Assembly (NCBI GenBank): GCA_017640445.1 | Contig: JAEPQQ010000009.1 | Span: 4,013-68,012, forward strand | From: Bacteroidia bacterium | GTDB taxonomy: Bacteria > Bacteroidota > Bacteroidia > NS11-12g > UBA9320 | DNA length: 64,000 bases | Direction of reading: 5' to 3' | Shown here: one piece after another, positions 29,196 through 40,334 of the stretch | Position numbering within the stretch: position 1 is the stretch's first letter | Layout: the number at the start of each line of letters is the position of its first letter | Program-made: the position numbers and the translations under genes | The notes under the pieces: generated by a model | Told to the model about the DNA's origin: nothing | The model's input: only the letters and a program-made list of their open reading frames with translations | Database searches by the model: none

Positions 29196-30329
29196 ATGAA
29201 ATTCAGATTTATACCCATTTTTATCATTGTTCTGGCGTTCGGTCTGCTGGATGCGAGTGGCCAGAATAAACGCAGACCATACGAGTTCATGATTGGTCAA
29301 CCTCCCACATATCCGCCACTGGCAGATTGGTTGATGAAGCTGGATAGTGGTCAAATCGACGAAAGTTTTAATTCAGCGTTGAACGAGTATGAGATTCGTT
29401 CGTATGAAGAAGGAGTAGCCTTATTGTTCAACCATAACTTTATGCTCAAAGAGATTCAGTTTTACGACTCCGGGCATCTCTACTCGCGATTTAGTGACAC
29501 CATGCCGGCCGATGTTCATTTCAATTTGAACATAAAGGATTTCGAAAACTATGGCAATCTGTCGTACAAGGTAGATACCTTTAATAAGTTTGTTTACCAT
29601 CGGTCTTCTTACAACTTAAGGTTGAAGCTGTATTTTAAGGATAAGCATGTAGAGTTGGTGAAGATTACGGGAAAGGACTCGTTTTTGGGCGCACGTGATA
29701 GTTTGATCAGAACACAATGGGGAATGCGAATTATTCCGGACGGAAACTGCGTATTTGGTAATTGTTTTAAGGGAGAGGGAATGATGCAATGGGCGTCGTC
29801 TCTTACTTATAGAGGGAACTGGGAAAGTGGTACACCTAATGGAGATGGGAGTTTTTCTGATACTACTGGTTTACTGTATAAAGGCGGCTTTAAACTGGGA
29901 TTTTTGTGGGGGGATGCGGAGTTGCATGTTCCCAAGCAGTATGTGTACAATGGGAACTTTCTTTTCGGTAAGAAGGTTGGACATGGTGAGATAACATATG
30001 CCAATGGAACGCGTTACGAGGGAAACTGGATCAATGATCTGATGAACGGTGATGGCCATTTTTGGTATTCCGATTCGTACCATTACAAAGGACAGTTTTT
30101 TAACAACCAGTTTCAGGGAATAGGTATTCTGTACAGCCCGGAGGGCTATGTAGAAGGAAGTTTCAAAGACAACAAACCCCATGGCTACTGTAAACAGGTT
30201 GTAACCCGAAGTCATACAACATTAAGCGGTGTTTGGGTAGAGGGTAAAAAAGAAGGTGAATTCCAGCTGTATAACCCGGTTTCCGGTACTACTACTCTTC
30301 AGTTTAAAAACGATCAACAAGTTCAATGA
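29196..30329 (+). CDS. MORN repeat-containing secreted protein
   Basis: Signal peptide. The C-terminal half has repeated Y.G.W..G..nG.G units (YRGNWESGTPNGDG, YKGGFKLGFLWG, YEGNWINDLMNGDG, YKGQFFNNQFQG). Confidence 0.7.
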   Translation: MKFRFIPIFIIVLAFGLLDASGQNKRRPYEFMIGQPPTYPPLADWLMKLDSGQIDESFNSALNEYEIRSYEEGVALLFNHNFMLKEIQFYDSGHLYSRFSDTMPADVHFNLNIKDFENYGNLSYKVDTFNKFVYHRSSYNLRLKLYFKDKHVELVKITGKDSFLGARDSLIRTQWGMRIIPDGNCVFGNCFKGEGMMQWASSLTYRGNWESGTPNGDGSFSDTTGLLYKGGFKLGFLWGDAELHVPKQYVYNGNFLFGKKVGHGEITYANGTRYEGNWINDLMNGDGHFWYSDSYHYKGQFFNNQFQGIGILYSPEGYVEGSFKDNKPHGYCKQVVTRSHTTLSGVWVEGKKEGEFQLYNPVSGTTTLQFKNDQQVQ

Positions 30330-31057
30330 AATCAACATCAAAGGTGCTGACTGTTTTAGCCGTGCTAACGTCAGTGCTGTTTACCAATTGCAAAGCCCAA
30401 ATGAGAGATACCACTGCCTTTCAACGAACCATTAACGTTTCCGGTACCGCCGAACGAGAGGTAGAGCCGGATATCATCGTTTTTAACATAACGATAAAGG
30501 AATACTGGAAGGAAGAGTTCGAACCTGGCAAGAAATACGAGGATTACAAAACACGGGTGCCCATGACCACCATTGAGCCACAGATTTTGGATCAATTAAA
30601 GAAGGCGGGTGTGAAGGAAAGCCAAATTAAGGTGTCTTCCATTGGAAACTTCTATCGTCAGGCAGGGAAAGATTTTTTGGTTAGTAAAACCCTGGTTCTT
30701 ACACTGCCAGACCTCAAAACGGTAGATGCGATATCCAAGACCGTGAGCAGTAGAGGTGTAAGTAATATGCACATTGCCGAACTTAAGCATTCTCAAATGG
30801 AAGAAATTGAGAAAGAAGTAAAGGTAGAGGCATTGAAGGCGGCCAAAGACAAGGCTGAGTATATGTTGAAGGCCATTGGCGAAAAATGTGGCCCGGTGTT
30901 AACCATAAACGAGGCAAATAATGGTTACTATCAACCTGTTCAGATGAAAGCTGAGTTCGCCACCATGCGAAGCAGTGACGGCTCAAATGCGGCAACGGAA
31001 TTAAAGAAGATTAAGATTTCGTTTCAGGTGAACGCAACCTTTGCTATTGCAAAATAA
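30326..31057 (+). CDS. SIMPL (DUF541) domain-containing protein
   Basis: Signal/lipoprotein N-terminus, RTINVSGTAEREVEPD start of the domain and [14 protein letters not shown] end. ATGA overlap with the upstream gene. Confidence 0.7.
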   Translation: MKSTSKVLTVLAVLTSVLFTNCKAQMRDTTAFQRTINVSGTAEREVEPDIIVFNITIKEYWKEEFEPGKKYEDYKTRVPMTTIEPQILDQLKKAGVKESQIKVSSIGNFYRQAGKDFLVSKTLVLTLPDLKTVDAISKTVSSRGVSNMHIAELKHSQMEEIEKEVKVEALKAAKDKAEYMLKAIGEKCGPVLTINEANNGYYQPVQMKAEFATMRSSDGSNAATELKKIKISFQVNATFAIAK

Positions 31058-32309
31058 GCTGGTAGGCGTTTTCTGTTCGATGCGCCAGAAGCTGTTGTTT
31101 CCCTTTGGTAATGCCAGGTAAGTCGGAGTCTTCCGAAGGATTAAAGATGGTGAGAAGTTGAAGGTCTTCAATGGTCTCCACCAGATAAGTGTCTTTTACC
31201 AGATTCAGGAACTTTTCGATTCGAACTGCATCGTTGTTTGCACATATCGAGAAGGAAATGGCCGTGTTCTGCATTAGGTTGATCTGAACACCAGCTGAAG
31301 CCAAAGCACTGAATATATGGCTCAGGTTGTCTTCTACGATAAAGGCAAAATCCTTTGAAGAAAGAGAGATCAGCACCTGGTCGTCCTTAAAAATGTAGCA
31401 AGGTACGTTTACAACGTCTTTTAATCCGTGATCCTGAACCACGGTACCTGGTGCCTGCATATCAACAAACGATCGAACGTATAGCGATATTTTCTTCTTC
31501 AGAAGGGGTTGTATTGTTTTAGGGTGAATCACCGAGGCGCCGTAATACGCAAGTTCGATGGCCTCTTTGAAGGAAATGTCCGGAAGAAGATCGGTCTTTT
31601 CCATGCGTTTTGGGTCTGCATTCATCACACCTGGTACGTCTTTCCAGATGGTGACAGATTCAGCTTCAAGGCAATAAGCGAATATGGCAGCAGTGTAATC
31701 ACTACCCTCTCGTCCGAGGGTGCTCGATGCGTTATCCGCCGTTCTTCCAATAAATCCCTGTGTAATGGTCAATTGCTTTTCGATCAAACGTTTTGCCCGT
31801 TTGCTAATGAGATTGTTTGTGGTGTCCCAGTTAACCCTGGCCCGGCGGTGGTCCGATGAGGTAACGATGAAATTACGTGCGTCTAACCAGCGATTGGTGA
31901 TGTTTTGTTGATTGAGATAGTGGCTGATAATTCGGGTTGAAATCAATTCTCCATAAGGAACAATTTGGTCGTACACAAAATCGTAACCTCGTCCAATCAT
32001 GTCGGTGTCCAACGCGCATTCCAGTTCAATGAAGAGGTTTTCTACCTCGTAAAACTGATTCGAATCAGGTCCTATCAGATCATGGATAATGGTACGGTGA
32101 AACTCCTTAAGCTGGTCCATAACATGGGTGGTAGGTTTACCGGTTATGTATTGGTTAACCAAAGTTTCCATTAAGTTGGTTGTCTTACCCATGGCAGAAA
32201 CAACCACCAGGATCTGATCATCCTGATACTCCGATAAGATTTTTGCTACGTTCCGAACTGCATCAGCGTCTTTAACCGATGCACCACCAAATTTGAATAC
32301 TAACATCAA
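31044..32309 (-). CDS. lysC: aspartate kinase
   Basis: [36 protein letters not shown] and C-terminal ACT-like repeats. Confidence 0.9.
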   Translation of the reverse strand: MMLVFKFGGASVKDADAVRNVAKILSEYQDDQILVVVSAMGKTTNLMETLVNQYITGKPTTHVMDQLKEFHRTIIHDLIGPDSNQFYEVENLFIELECALDTDMIGRGYDFVYDQIVPYGELISTRIISHYLNQQNITNRWLDARNFIVTSSDHRRARVNWDTTNNLISKRAKRLIEKQLTITQGFIGRTADNASSTLGREGSDYTAAIFAYCLEAESVTIWKDVPGVMNADPKRMEKTDLLPDISFKEAIELAYYGASVIHPKTIQPLLKKKISLYVRSFVDMQAPGTVVQDHGLKDVVNVPCYIFKDDQVLISLSSKDFAFIVEDNLSHIFSALASAGVQINLMQNTAISFSICANNDAVRIEKFLNLVKDTYLVETIEDLQLLTIFNPSEDSDLPGITKGKQQLLAHRTENAYQLILQ

Positions 32310-32390
32310 AAATTAATTTGCGCTTCGCCGTGTATATTTGCGCCTGCAAAATTACTGATTTTAACAGCCATATACTTGAGGCGTTTCAAT

Positions 32391-33380
32391 ATGACAGCAA
32401 CTGAAATGAAAAAACGAAACAAGGTAATCACCCTAAGCCAATTTATCGCAGAGGAACAACAGAAATTCCCGGAAGCTTCGGGCGATCTCTCCAAAATTTT
32501 TAGAGATATAAAATTTGCCGCCAAACTGGTAAACCGAGATGTAAACAAGGCCGGTTTGGTTGATATACTGGGCGAGCACGGATCGACCAACATCCAGGGT
32601 GAATCCGTAAAAAAGCTCGATGTAATAGCCAATGAGGAATTTATTAATTCGCTGGCTGCCGGTGGTGATTGTTGCGCCATTATCAGTGAGGAAGAAGACT
32701 ACATTCGGCATCTAAACAAAGATGCGAAGTATGTAATTGCAATGGATCCCCTTGACGGGTCTTCCAACATCGACGTAAATGCGGCTATTGGAACTATTTT
32801 CTCTGTGTATAGACGGGTTAGTGAAGTTGGGTCGGAGGTAACAGAGGCCGACTGCCTTCAGAAAGGCGTAAATCAGGTAGCAGCTGGTTATGTGATCTAT
32901 GGTTCAAGCACCATGCTGGTTTATACAACCGGGAATGGGGTAAATGGCTTTACTCTTGATATTTCAATTGGCGACTTTTGCCTCAGCCATCCTCAAATGA
33001 AAACGCCTGATTTAGGTAAGATATATTCGGTAAACGAAGGAAACTACAACCAGTTTGCCGATGGGTTTAAGAACTACATCAAACAATGCAAGGAAAATTC
33101 CATGTCGGCTCGTTACATCGGTTCGATGGTGGCAGATTTCCACCGCAACATGATTAAAGGTGGGATTTTTATGTACCCGGCAACTGGGTCGGCACCAAAC
33201 GGAAAGCTTCGCTTGATGTATGAATGCAACCCAATGGCGATGTTAACTGAACAGGCTGGTGGAAAAGCCACCACAGGAAACCAGCGCATTATGGAAGTAG
33301 AGCCTACTGAGCTGCACCAGCGCGTTCCTGTGATAATGGGGTCGAGTAAGATGGTGGACGAGCTAGTGTCCATGTTGTAA
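32391..33380 (+). CDS. fbp: fructose-1,6-bisphosphatase, class 1
   Basis: [53 protein letters not shown] and [11 protein letters not shown]. Start set to ATG 32391 rather than the TTG of the ORF track. Confidence 0.93.
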   Translation: MTATEMKKRNKVITLSQFIAEEQQKFPEASGDLSKIFRDIKFAAKLVNRDVNKAGLVDILGEHGSTNIQGESVKKLDVIANEEFINSLAAGGDCCAIISEEEDYIRHLNKDAKYVIAMDPLDGSSNIDVNAAIGTIFSVYRRVSEVGSEVTEADCLQKGVNQVAAGYVIYGSSTMLVYTTGNGVNGFTLDISIGDFCLSHPQMKTPDLGKIYSVNEGNYNQFADGFKNYIKQCKENSMSARYIGSMVADFHRNMIKGGIFMYPATGSAPNGKLRLMYECNPMAMLTEQAGGKATTGNQRIMEVEPTELHQRVPVIMGSSKMVDELVSML

Positions 33381-34255
33381 TGCGCAGAATACTAGTTGTA
33401 AGCAACCCATTTGCAGGTGGGGGAGAAGCCGTAGAGGTAATGGAAATGTATAAGCGGTTTGCCGATGAGCAAAGCGACTATGAGTATTATTTCTACCTGA
33501 CCCAGGCACCCGAAGACTTCGATGGGATCTCGTCGGCGGTTGATGCGTACAAACCAGATGTAGTTTCCATTGTAGGTGGAGATGGTACACTGAATGAAGT
33601 GTTGAATGTAGAAAATGTACGAGAGAAGATTATTCATATTGTTCCGGCAGGAACGGGAAATGATTTTCATCGGTTGATCTACGGAGAGTGTACGGTGCGA
33701 GAAGCGTTTGAATTATCGAAGTCGGAAAACATCAGAAAGTACGATACCGGAAAGTGCAACGATCGCTATTTCATAAATGGGGTGGGAATTGGCTTTGACG
33801 GAGCGGTTGCCAATGAAACGGTTCGTATGAAGCTGTCGTTTATGCCAATGCATTGGAAGTATTGGATCTCGATTCTCAAAAACATCCTGTTTTACAAAAG
33901 CACGGATGTTAAATTGACGTATGACGGTAAGACGGAAACAAGAAATGCGTTTCTTGTAGATGTTGCCAACGGAACCGAATGTGCCGGAAGTTTTAAAATA
34001 TCGCCGTTGAGCAAACCCGACGATGGCCTTCTAAACCTTGTGTTGATTCGAAATGTCTCACGTTTAAAACGTATGGCAAAGTTGAACATGGTGAAGAAGG
34101 GGAAGCATATGAAAGACTCGGCTGTATACCACCAGGAGTTGAAAGAGATCAAAATAGAATCACCCAAGAAGCTATATGCTCATCTTGATGGTGAGATCAT
34201 GTCTTCTACGGTGTTTGATATTTCCATAAGTGATCAATTGAAGTTTGTTGTTTGA
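33380..34255 (+). CDS. diacylglycerol/lipid kinase family protein (YegS/BmrU-like)
   Basis: VSIVGGDGTLNEV and VPAGTGNDF motifs. The start overlaps the fbp stop by 1 nt. Confidence 0.8.
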   Translation: MRRILVVSNPFAGGGEAVEVMEMYKRFADEQSDYEYYFYLTQAPEDFDGISSAVDAYKPDVVSIVGGDGTLNEVLNVENVREKIIHIVPAGTGNDFHRLIYGECTVREAFELSKSENIRKYDTGKCNDRYFINGVGIGFDGAVANETVRMKLSFMPMHWKYWISILKNILFYKSTDVKLTYDGKTETRNAFLVDVANGTECAGSFKISPLSKPDDGLLNLVLIRNVSRLKRMAKLNMVKKGKHMKDSAVYHQELKEIKIESPKKLYAHLDGEIMSSTVFDISISDQLKFVV

Positions 34256-34349
34256 TACGACAGTGCCTTTATTTTATCGTTAACGCGCCCGCCTACTGGT
34301 TTAAATAACACGAATTGTATTAAATTGCGATTCTCCAAAAGCAAACTGA

Positions 34350-34811
34350 ATGACGATAAGTCTGATCATATTCTTCATTGCCATTGGCTTGGTTTTCCTT
34401 CTGATTGAGATCTTGGTTACCCCTGGTATTATCTTGGGTATTGCCGGTTTGGGCTTTATGGCATTTGGCGTGTTCCAGGTGTTTAAGCAATATGGCTCCG
34501 GGCCAGGAAATGCGGTGTTACTAGGCGTAGCCACTCTAACGGTCGGAATTGTCTTGTTTGCCCTTAAAAGTGGGGTTTGGACGCGTATGGCGTCAAAAGG
34601 TACTATTGCCTCAAAAGCAAAGAAGAACGTAGCTGACTATGTACAAGTAGGCGATAAGGGTAAAACCATGTCGGCGTTACGACCGCTGGGCACCGGAATG
34701 TTCAACGGTAAAAAGTTGGAAGTACGCTCGGAAGGAGAAGCCGTTGAAGCCGGTAGTGATATAGAAGTTATCCGAATAGAACGAAACAAAATTTTCATTA
34801 AAAAAATATAA
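34350..34811 (+). CDS. NfeD family protein
   Basis: Three N-terminal TM helices plus a C-terminal OB-fold ([44 protein letters not shown]). Sits immediately upstream of the flotillin gene, as is usual. Confidence 0.75.
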   Translation: MTISLIIFFIAIGLVFLLIEILVTPGIILGIAGLGFMAFGVFQVFKQYGSGPGNAVLLGVATLTVGIVLFALKSGVWTRMASKGTIASKAKKNVADYVQVGDKGKTMSALRPLGTGMFNGKKLEVRSEGEAVEAGSDIEVIRIERNKIFIKKI

Positions 34812-34813
34812 TT

Positions 34814-35800
34814 ATGCCATCAGGATCAATGTTGTTTTTAGCTATAGGAGCCATTTTGGTATTCCTATTTGTCTTTTTGTATTTCGTGCCGATTGGGCTC
34901 TGGTTCACCGCACTGGTTTCCGGTGTTCGTGTAAGCATCGTTCAGCTGGTGTTGATGCGAATCCGTAAGGTGCCTCCATCGTTGATCATAAACGCACAAA
35001 TCAACTCGGTTAAGGCAGGGCTCCCAACCAGTATTAATAATCTGGAGACGCACTACATGGCCGGTGGTAATGTGAACAATGTGATTAAGGCATTGATTAG
35101 CGCAGACAAGGCAAACATTCCGCTGGATTTCAATTTGGCGGCTGCTATTGACCTGGCAGGTCGTGACGTGTTTGATGCGGTTCAGTTAAGTGTAAACCCT
35201 CGTGTAATTAACACTCCACCGGTTGCCGCTGTTGCGAAAGATGGTATTCAACTCATTGCAAAGGCACGGGTAACGGTACGGGCTAATATTCACCAACTGG
35301 TTGGTGGTGCCGGCGAGGAAACAATTCTTGCCCGGGTAGGAGAAGGTATCGTTACAACCATCGGTTCGGCTGATAATCATAAATCAGTATTGGAGAACCC
35401 AGATCAGATATCAAAAGTGGTATTGGCAAAAGGTTTGGACGCTGGAACGGCCTTCGAAATTCTGAGTATTGATATTGCCGACATCGATATTGGAAAGAAC
35501 ATTGGTGCAGAGCTTCAAACCGATCAGGCTGAAGCGGATTTGAAGGTAGCGAATGCAAAAGCAGAGGAAAGAAGAGCACTTGCAGTAGCGAACGAGCAGG
35601 AAATGAAAGCCGAATCGCAGAAGGCGAGAGCTCAGGTAATTCTGGCGGAAGCGGAAATTCCAATGGCAATTGCCGAAGCCTTCAGAAGTGGAAACCTGGG
35701 CGTGATGGATTATTACAAGTTGCGCAATATTGAAGCCGATACCGGTATGCGTGATTCCATTGCGAAACCTGGAACCAAGAAGAAACCAACGGATAAATAG
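34814..35800 (+). CDS. floA: flotillin-like protein FloA (UPF0365/YqfA, SPFH superfamily)
   Basis: [46 protein letters not shown] and [36 protein letters not shown] blocks. Confidence 0.85.
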   Translation: MPSGSMLFLAIGAILVFLFVFLYFVPIGLWFTALVSGVRVSIVQLVLMRIRKVPPSLIINAQINSVKAGLPTSINNLETHYMAGGNVNNVIKALISADKANIPLDFNLAAAIDLAGRDVFDAVQLSVNPRVINTPPVAAVAKDGIQLIAKARVTVRANIHQLVGGAGEETILARVGEGIVTTIGSADNHKSVLENPDQISKVVLAKGLDAGTAFEILSIDIADIDIGKNIGAELQTDQAEADLKVANAKAEERRALAVANEQEMKAESQKARAQVILAEAEIPMAIAEAFRSGNLGVMDYYKLRNIEADTGMRDSIAKPGTKKKPTDK

Positions 35801-35822
35801 GTTCGTTATCCATAAAGTTAAT

Positions 35823-35852
35823 AAGGCACTTCTATTCGAAGTGCCTTTTTTG
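35823..35852 (+). terminator. Rho-independent terminator after floA
   Basis: aaggcacttc-tattc-gaagtgcctt followed by ttttgt. Confidence 0.75.
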
Positions 35853-35904
35853 TTGGTGAATTCTTCAACTCAGGAATTGTGTGATCTTTGCACAAAGTAT
35901 TAAC

Positions 35905-36360
35905 ATGAAGTCAATAGACGTATTACGACAAACCCGAAACAACATTCGCAGGGCGACAGAAAACCTTAGTTTGGATGCCTTGAATACGATTCCACCCGGA
36001 TTCAACAACAATATTCTTTGGAACATTGGCCACGTAGTGGTGACTCAACAGGCTCTTATGTATCGGCCTTGTGGAATGCCCATGCATGTAAAAGACGAGA
36101 TATTTGAGTCGTTTCGAAAGGGTTCTGAAGCAACGTCATACAATCAGGAGACCCTGGACTATATCTGGGACCACTTTGATTCGTTGGTAGATCAGTTGGA
36201 TTCGGACTACACCGGGAAACGGTTTGGTGAATATAAACCGTACCAAACCAGCTATGGCCTTGCATTAAATAATCTGGAAGATGCGATGGTGTTCAACAAT
36301 GCGCACGAAGCCCTTCATCTGGGATACATTATGGCTCAGAAACGTGCGCTAAATGCCTGA
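35905..36360 (+). CDS. DinB family protein
   Basis: ILWNIGHVVVTQQ and NAHEALHLGYI histidine motifs of the DinB_2 four-helix bundle. ATG 35905 chosen over GTG 35881. Confidence 0.65.
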   Translation: MKSIDVLRQTRNNIRRATENLSLDALNTIPPGFNNNILWNIGHVVVTQQALMYRPCGMPMHVKDEIFESFRKGSEATSYNQETLDYIWDHFDSLVDQLDSDYTGKRFGEYKPYQTSYGLALNNLEDAMVFNNAHEALHLGYIMAQKRALNA

Positions 36361-36368
36361 AAATAAAA

Positions 36369-36392
36369 GAGAGGCCGGTCACCCGGCCTCTC
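36369..36392. terminator. GC-rich hairpin (possible terminator)
   Basis: gagaggccgg-tcac-ccggcctctc perfect 10-bp stem. The A-run is upstream and there is no T-run downstream on the plus strand, so termination activity is uncertain. Confidence 0.4.
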
Positions 36393-36517
36393 ACAAAAGT
36401 AAAGTTAAACCATAAATTCTAATTAATGAGTATTATGCTTTATAAAAAATTGAAAGTACTTCGAAGCTAAGTTATTTATTTGGGATTAACAAGTCCTATT
36501 TTTTTGTTACTTGCGAC

Positions 36518-38155
36518 ATGCTTCAAAAAAATACCGCTAAAGGCGCTTATATATTCAGACTTCTATTTAGTCTGTTAGTAGTCTTAATCTTCAGTTTGGA
36601 CACGTACGCTGACCCTATTCGATTGGCAAGCGAACAAGACGATTTGCCCGTTCTGGTATTTGGACACGCTCCAGAGTATATCCAACTGTCTGAAAGTAAG
36701 GATTACATCGTAGACTTTCCGGCAAATTACGCACCTAATAAAACGTACCACTTTCTGGTAAATGAGGACTCGGTTGTGTTAAACGGGTTGCAACCGGTAG
36801 TTATACATATTGGGTCCACAGGGCAAACGAAGTTAAAGTTGCGTGAACCTGGTCAAAAGCCTAAAACCATGTCGGTGGATGCCATAAACAAAGCACCCTG
36901 GGCCAAAAATGATGCCGTGGTACTTGGGTTATTATTGGCGTGTTTGGCATTGGTGTTTTTTACCAGTAATTCTAAGAACAAGACATTAAGCACGTTTTAT
37001 AAGTTTGTTCCAGCCTTACTGATGTGCTATCTGCTTCCATCAATACTGGCCAGTTTAGGTATTGTGAATAGCGTTGAATCAAAAGGTATTTACTACATAG
37101 CAACACGTTACCTGTTACCAACCTCCTTGATACTCATGACGCTGAGCATCGACTTTAAGGGAATTCTCAACCTTGGGTTTAAGAGTATCGCCATGTTCCT
37201 TACCGGAACCATTGGAATTATTCTAGGTGGGCCAATAGCCATCTTACTCGTGTCGCTGTTCTCTCCGGAAACCGTAGGAGGAGCAGGACCAGAGGCCGTT
37301 TGGAGAGGCTTGGCCACTTTAGCAGGTAGTTGGATTGGTGGTGGTGCGAACCAAACCGCCATGTTGGAGATCTATGGGTATGCCCAGAGTAAATATGGAG
37401 GCATGGTGTTGGTCGACATCGTTGTGGCCAATATTTGGATGGCCGGACTGTTGTATGGTGCGGGTAGAGCAGATAAGATTGACAAGTGGTTAAAGGCCGA
37501 TAGTTCGGCTATCAAAACCCTTCAGGAGAAGATGGAAAACTTCACGAAGAGCATCAGTAAGAATCCAGCGCTTTCCGATCTGATGATTGTTTTGGGAGTA
37601 GGTTTCCTGGCCACAGGAGTGGCGCATATTGGATCAAAGGAACTGGTTTCATATTTCGGCGGTTTTGAGGCGTTAAAAGATACTACGTTAACCAGCTCAT
37701 TTTTCTGGATTGTGGTGATCGCCACAAGCATCGGACTTCTGATGAGTTTTACGCGCGCACGAAAACTGGAGGCTTATGGAGCATCAAAGCTCGGAAGCGT
37801 GTTCATTTACGTTTTGGTGGCCACCATTGGTATGAAAATGGACCTGAGACAGATATTGGAAAACCCGTTATTGATTTTGGTCGGCCTTATCTGGATGGCA
37901 TTTCACGTTGGTTTGTTGTTTGCAGTGGCCAAACTCATACGAGCGCCGTTTTTCTTCCTGGCAGTTGGAAGTAAGGCCAACGTAGGTGGTGCAGCATCGG
38001 CCCCGGTTGTGGCTGCAGCCTTTCACCCGTCACTGGCACCGGTTGGGGTGTTGCTGGCCGTTCTTGGATATGCCCTGGGCACCTACGGCGCATGGTTGTG
38101 CGCTGTTTTAATGGAAATGGTAAGCCCTACATCAGGAGCTGCACTTGTTCCCTAG
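36518..38155 (+). CDS. DUF819 family integral membrane protein with an N-terminal extracytoplasmic extension
   Basis: Multi-TM core with GSWIGGGANQTAM and GSKANVGGAASAPVVAA blocks, preceded by about 130 aa after a signal-like helix. Family is by recall. Confidence 0.6.
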   Translation: MLQKNTAKGAYIFRLLFSLLVVLIFSLDTYADPIRLASEQDDLPVLVFGHAPEYIQLSESKDYIVDFPANYAPNKTYHFLVNEDSVVLNGLQPVVIHIGSTGQTKLKLREPGQKPKTMSVDAINKAPWAKNDAVVLGLLLACLALVFFTSNSKNKTLSTFYKFVPALLMCYLLPSILASLGIVNSVESKGIYYIATRYLLPTSLILMTLSIDFKGILNLGFKSIAMFLTGTIGIILGGPIAILLVSLFSPETVGGAGPEAVWRGLATLAGSWIGGGANQTAMLEIYGYAQSKYGGMVLVDIVVANIWMAGLLYGAGRADKIDKWLKADSSAIKTLQEKMENFTKSISKNPALSDLMIVLGVGFLATGVAHIGSKELVSYFGGFEALKDTTLTSSFFWIVVIATSIGLLMSFTRARKLEAYGASKLGSVFIYVLVATIGMKMDLRQILENPLLILVGLIWMAFHVGLLFAVAKLIRAPFFFLAVGSKANVGGAASAPVVAAAFHPSLAPVGVLLAVLGYALGTYGAWLCAVLMEMVSPTSGAALVP

Positions 38156-38158
38156 GCC

Positions 38159-38728
38159 ATGCAAGAAATGAAATCCTACTTTTTAGGTTTTCATCAGGCC
38201 GATGGAGACGAACTGGATCACTATCTGTCGCATTGGAAGCCCTTTGAGCTTCCCAAAAAGACGATTATGACTGCTCCGGGTGAAACCGAGCGATTCATGT
38301 ATTACGTGATTGAGGGCATTCAGAAATCATATTACCTGAACGACGGAAAGCAACATGTAATCGCCTTTGCATACGCGCCATCTTTCAGCGGAATACCAGA
38401 ATCTTTTTTTACGCAGACCCCATCTAGGTATTTTCTGGAAACCATCACCCACAGCACATTTATGCGCCTGCCCTATGAAACCCACCAGCGGCTTCTCCAT
38501 GAACATAGGAGCATCGAAACCCTGTTCAGAAAGGCAACAGAGCGTTTTTTGGTAGGTGTAATCCAACGACATCATGAACTGATGGCTTTTGACATGGAAA
38601 CCCGGTTTCGGACCTTTGTGGCCAGAAGTCCTCATTTGTTGAACATGGTAGCACAGAAGGACCTGGCTTCTTATTTGCGCATGGATTCGACCAACTTTAG
38701 CAAGCTTATGAACACAATACCAATTTAA
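38159..38728 (+). CDS. Crp/Fnr family transcriptional regulator
   Basis: cNMP-binding-like beta-roll (GETERFMYYVIEGIQKSY) and a C-terminal HTH (QKDLASYLRMDSTNFSKLM). Confidence 0.7.
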   Translation: MQEMKSYFLGFHQADGDELDHYLSHWKPFELPKKTIMTAPGETERFMYYVIEGIQKSYYLNDGKQHVIAFAYAPSFSGIPESFFTQTPSRYFLETITHSTFMRLPYETHQRLLHEHRSIETLFRKATERFLVGVIQRHHELMAFDMETRFRTFVARSPHLLNMVAQKDLASYLRMDSTNFSKLMNTIPI

Positions 38729-38750
38729 ATCTTGGTTTGCACCAAGATTT
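38727..38750 (+). terminator. hairpin overlapping the Crp-family stop codon (possible terminator)
   Basis: aaatcttggt-ttgc-accaagattt 10-bp stem. Only a weak downstream T-run. Confidence 0.4.
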
Positions 38751-38794
38751 AGGTGGATTTCGAGCCGCAGCTTTGCGTGAAAGAAATCTAAGGT

Positions 38795-39676
38795 ATGACA
38801 TCATTTAAGAATCACGACTCCTGGTTAGATCGGGAGTTGTACCCATTTCAGCACAAGTATCTTACACTTAAGAACGGAACCATGCATTATGTAGATGAGG
38901 GGCAGGGCCCCATTCTGCTTTTCGTTCATGGAACTCCGACCTGGTCGTTTTTGTATCGTGATCTGATCAAGGAACTGTCTTCCAGATTTCGGTGTATCGC
39001 CATTGATCATCTTGGCTTTGGATTGTCGGAAAGCCCAGCTAAGTTTTCGGGTAAGCCGGAGGATCATGCGTCGAACCTGGTTGAGTTTATGACTCGCCTT
39101 GACCTGAAGGATGTAAGCATGGTGGTGCACGATTTTGGCGGCCCAATTGGTTTGGGTGCGGCGCTTACACAACCCAATCGAATATCAAACATTGTACTGT
39201 TCAATACGTGGTTGTGGGCTACCAATCAAAACCCGAATGCACTAAAGATAGACAAGCTCATCAATGGTTGGTTAGGGCGAACCTTGTATCTCAACTTCAA
39301 CTTTTCGGCGAAAGTGTTGTTGAAAAAGGGGTTTTCAGACGCAGGTCGATTGTCGCGAAACGTGCATCAACATTACATCAAACCGTTTCCGGACAAGGCG
39401 TCGCGTATGTCTCTTTTGAATATTGCGAAAGCATTGGTTGGTTCATCGGATTGGTACCAAAGCCAATGGCAGGAGCTCCACCATTTAGAAGACAAGAACT
39501 GGCTAATTGTTTGGGGAACAGCGGATGAATTTATAACCCAAGAATACCTCAAAACCTGGCAAAAACGGCTACCCAAAGCCCAGGTCGAGACCCTTGATTG
39601 CGGTCATTTTGTTCAGGAAGAAAAGACGGGTGAAGTGCTGCAGTTAATGCAGAAATTCCTTGATAAACACGTTTAG
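38795..39676 (+). CDS. alpha/beta fold hydrolase (haloalkane-dehalogenase-like)
   Basis: LLFVHGTPTWSFLYR, nucleophile elbow VVHDFGGPIG and C-terminal CGHFVQEE. Confidence 0.8.
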   Translation: MTSFKNHDSWLDRELYPFQHKYLTLKNGTMHYVDEGQGPILLFVHGTPTWSFLYRDLIKELSSRFRCIAIDHLGFGLSESPAKFSGKPEDHASNLVEFMTRLDLKDVSMVVHDFGGPIGLGAALTQPNRISNIVLFNTWLWATNQNPNALKIDKLINGWLGRTLYLNFNFSAKVLLKKGFSDAGRLSRNVHQHYIKPFPDKASRMSLLNIAKALVGSSDWYQSQWQELHHLEDKNWLIVWGTADEFITQEYLKTWQKRLPKAQVETLDCGHFVQEEKTGEVLQLMQKFLDKHV

Positions 39677-40209
39677 AAGGAGTTCTTCCACATCATGCTT
39701 TCAACCGGCTTGATGGTTCGGTCGTTGTACTTCGCGTTTGCTTTTTTGTTGTACATGGTCTTGATGTCGCCTTCCACATTGAAGTAGATTAATTGACCAA
39801 TGGGCATACCACGGTAGATGCGTACAGGTTGTGCACAGGAAATTTCAAGCGTCCAGGTATTGCAAAACCCTACGTCGCCCTTACCAGCGGTAGCATGAAT
39901 ATCTATACCCAGTCTACCCGTGCTCGATTTCCCTTCGAGGAACGGAACATGGGCATGGGTTTCCGTGTATTCTTCGGTAACTCCGAGGTACAAGGTGTTG
40001 GGCTGTAAGATGAAGCCTTCCATTGGGATTTCGAAGTGACTGATCTTGTTGTGTTTTTTGGCATCAAGCACGCGGTCGTCGTATGTTGCAAGCCACTTTC
40101 CGAGGTGAACGTCATATGAGTTTGTGCCTAGGCATTCAGGACGGTAAGGTTCGATCAGAATAGTACCTTTATCAATTTCCTCTAAGATGCGTTTGTCACT
40201 TAAAATCAT
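39673..40209 (-). CDS. dcd: dCTP deaminase
   Basis: MILSDKRILEEI, NSYDVHLG, EGKSSTGRLG and TLEI blocks. Confidence 0.9.
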   Translation of the reverse strand: MILSDKRILEEIDKGTILIEPYRPECLGTNSYDVHLGKWLATYDDRVLDAKKHNKISHFEIPMEGFILQPNTLYLGVTEEYTETHAHVPFLEGKSSTGRLGIDIHATAGKGDVGFCNTWTLEISCAQPVRIYRGMPIGQLIYFNVEGDIKTMYNKKANAKYNDRTIKPVESMMWKNSF

Positions 40210-40334
40210 GCGCTTTTTCTCCTATAATTAAAGCACACGAAGTACGATTATTTGAAGTAAAAAAGAAGGAAATAGGGACAACTTGTGTAAAACAATTAAG
40301 GGCTGAACGAGGAGGAAGTGTTGAAATAATACCT

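Noticed and set aside
32306-32680. 124-aa minus-strand ORF spanning the lysC-fbp intergenic region and the 5-prime end of fbp.
   Set aside because: It is antisense to the well-conserved fbp N-terminus, has a Ser/Pro/Ala-rich composition and belongs to no recognisable family.
36369-36392. The perfect 10-bp GC hairpin after the DinB-family gene, considered as a minus-strand terminator because its T-run lies on the minus strand.
   Set aside because: No minus-strand gene lies upstream of it in that orientation. It is kept only as a low-confidence, strand-ambiguous hairpin.
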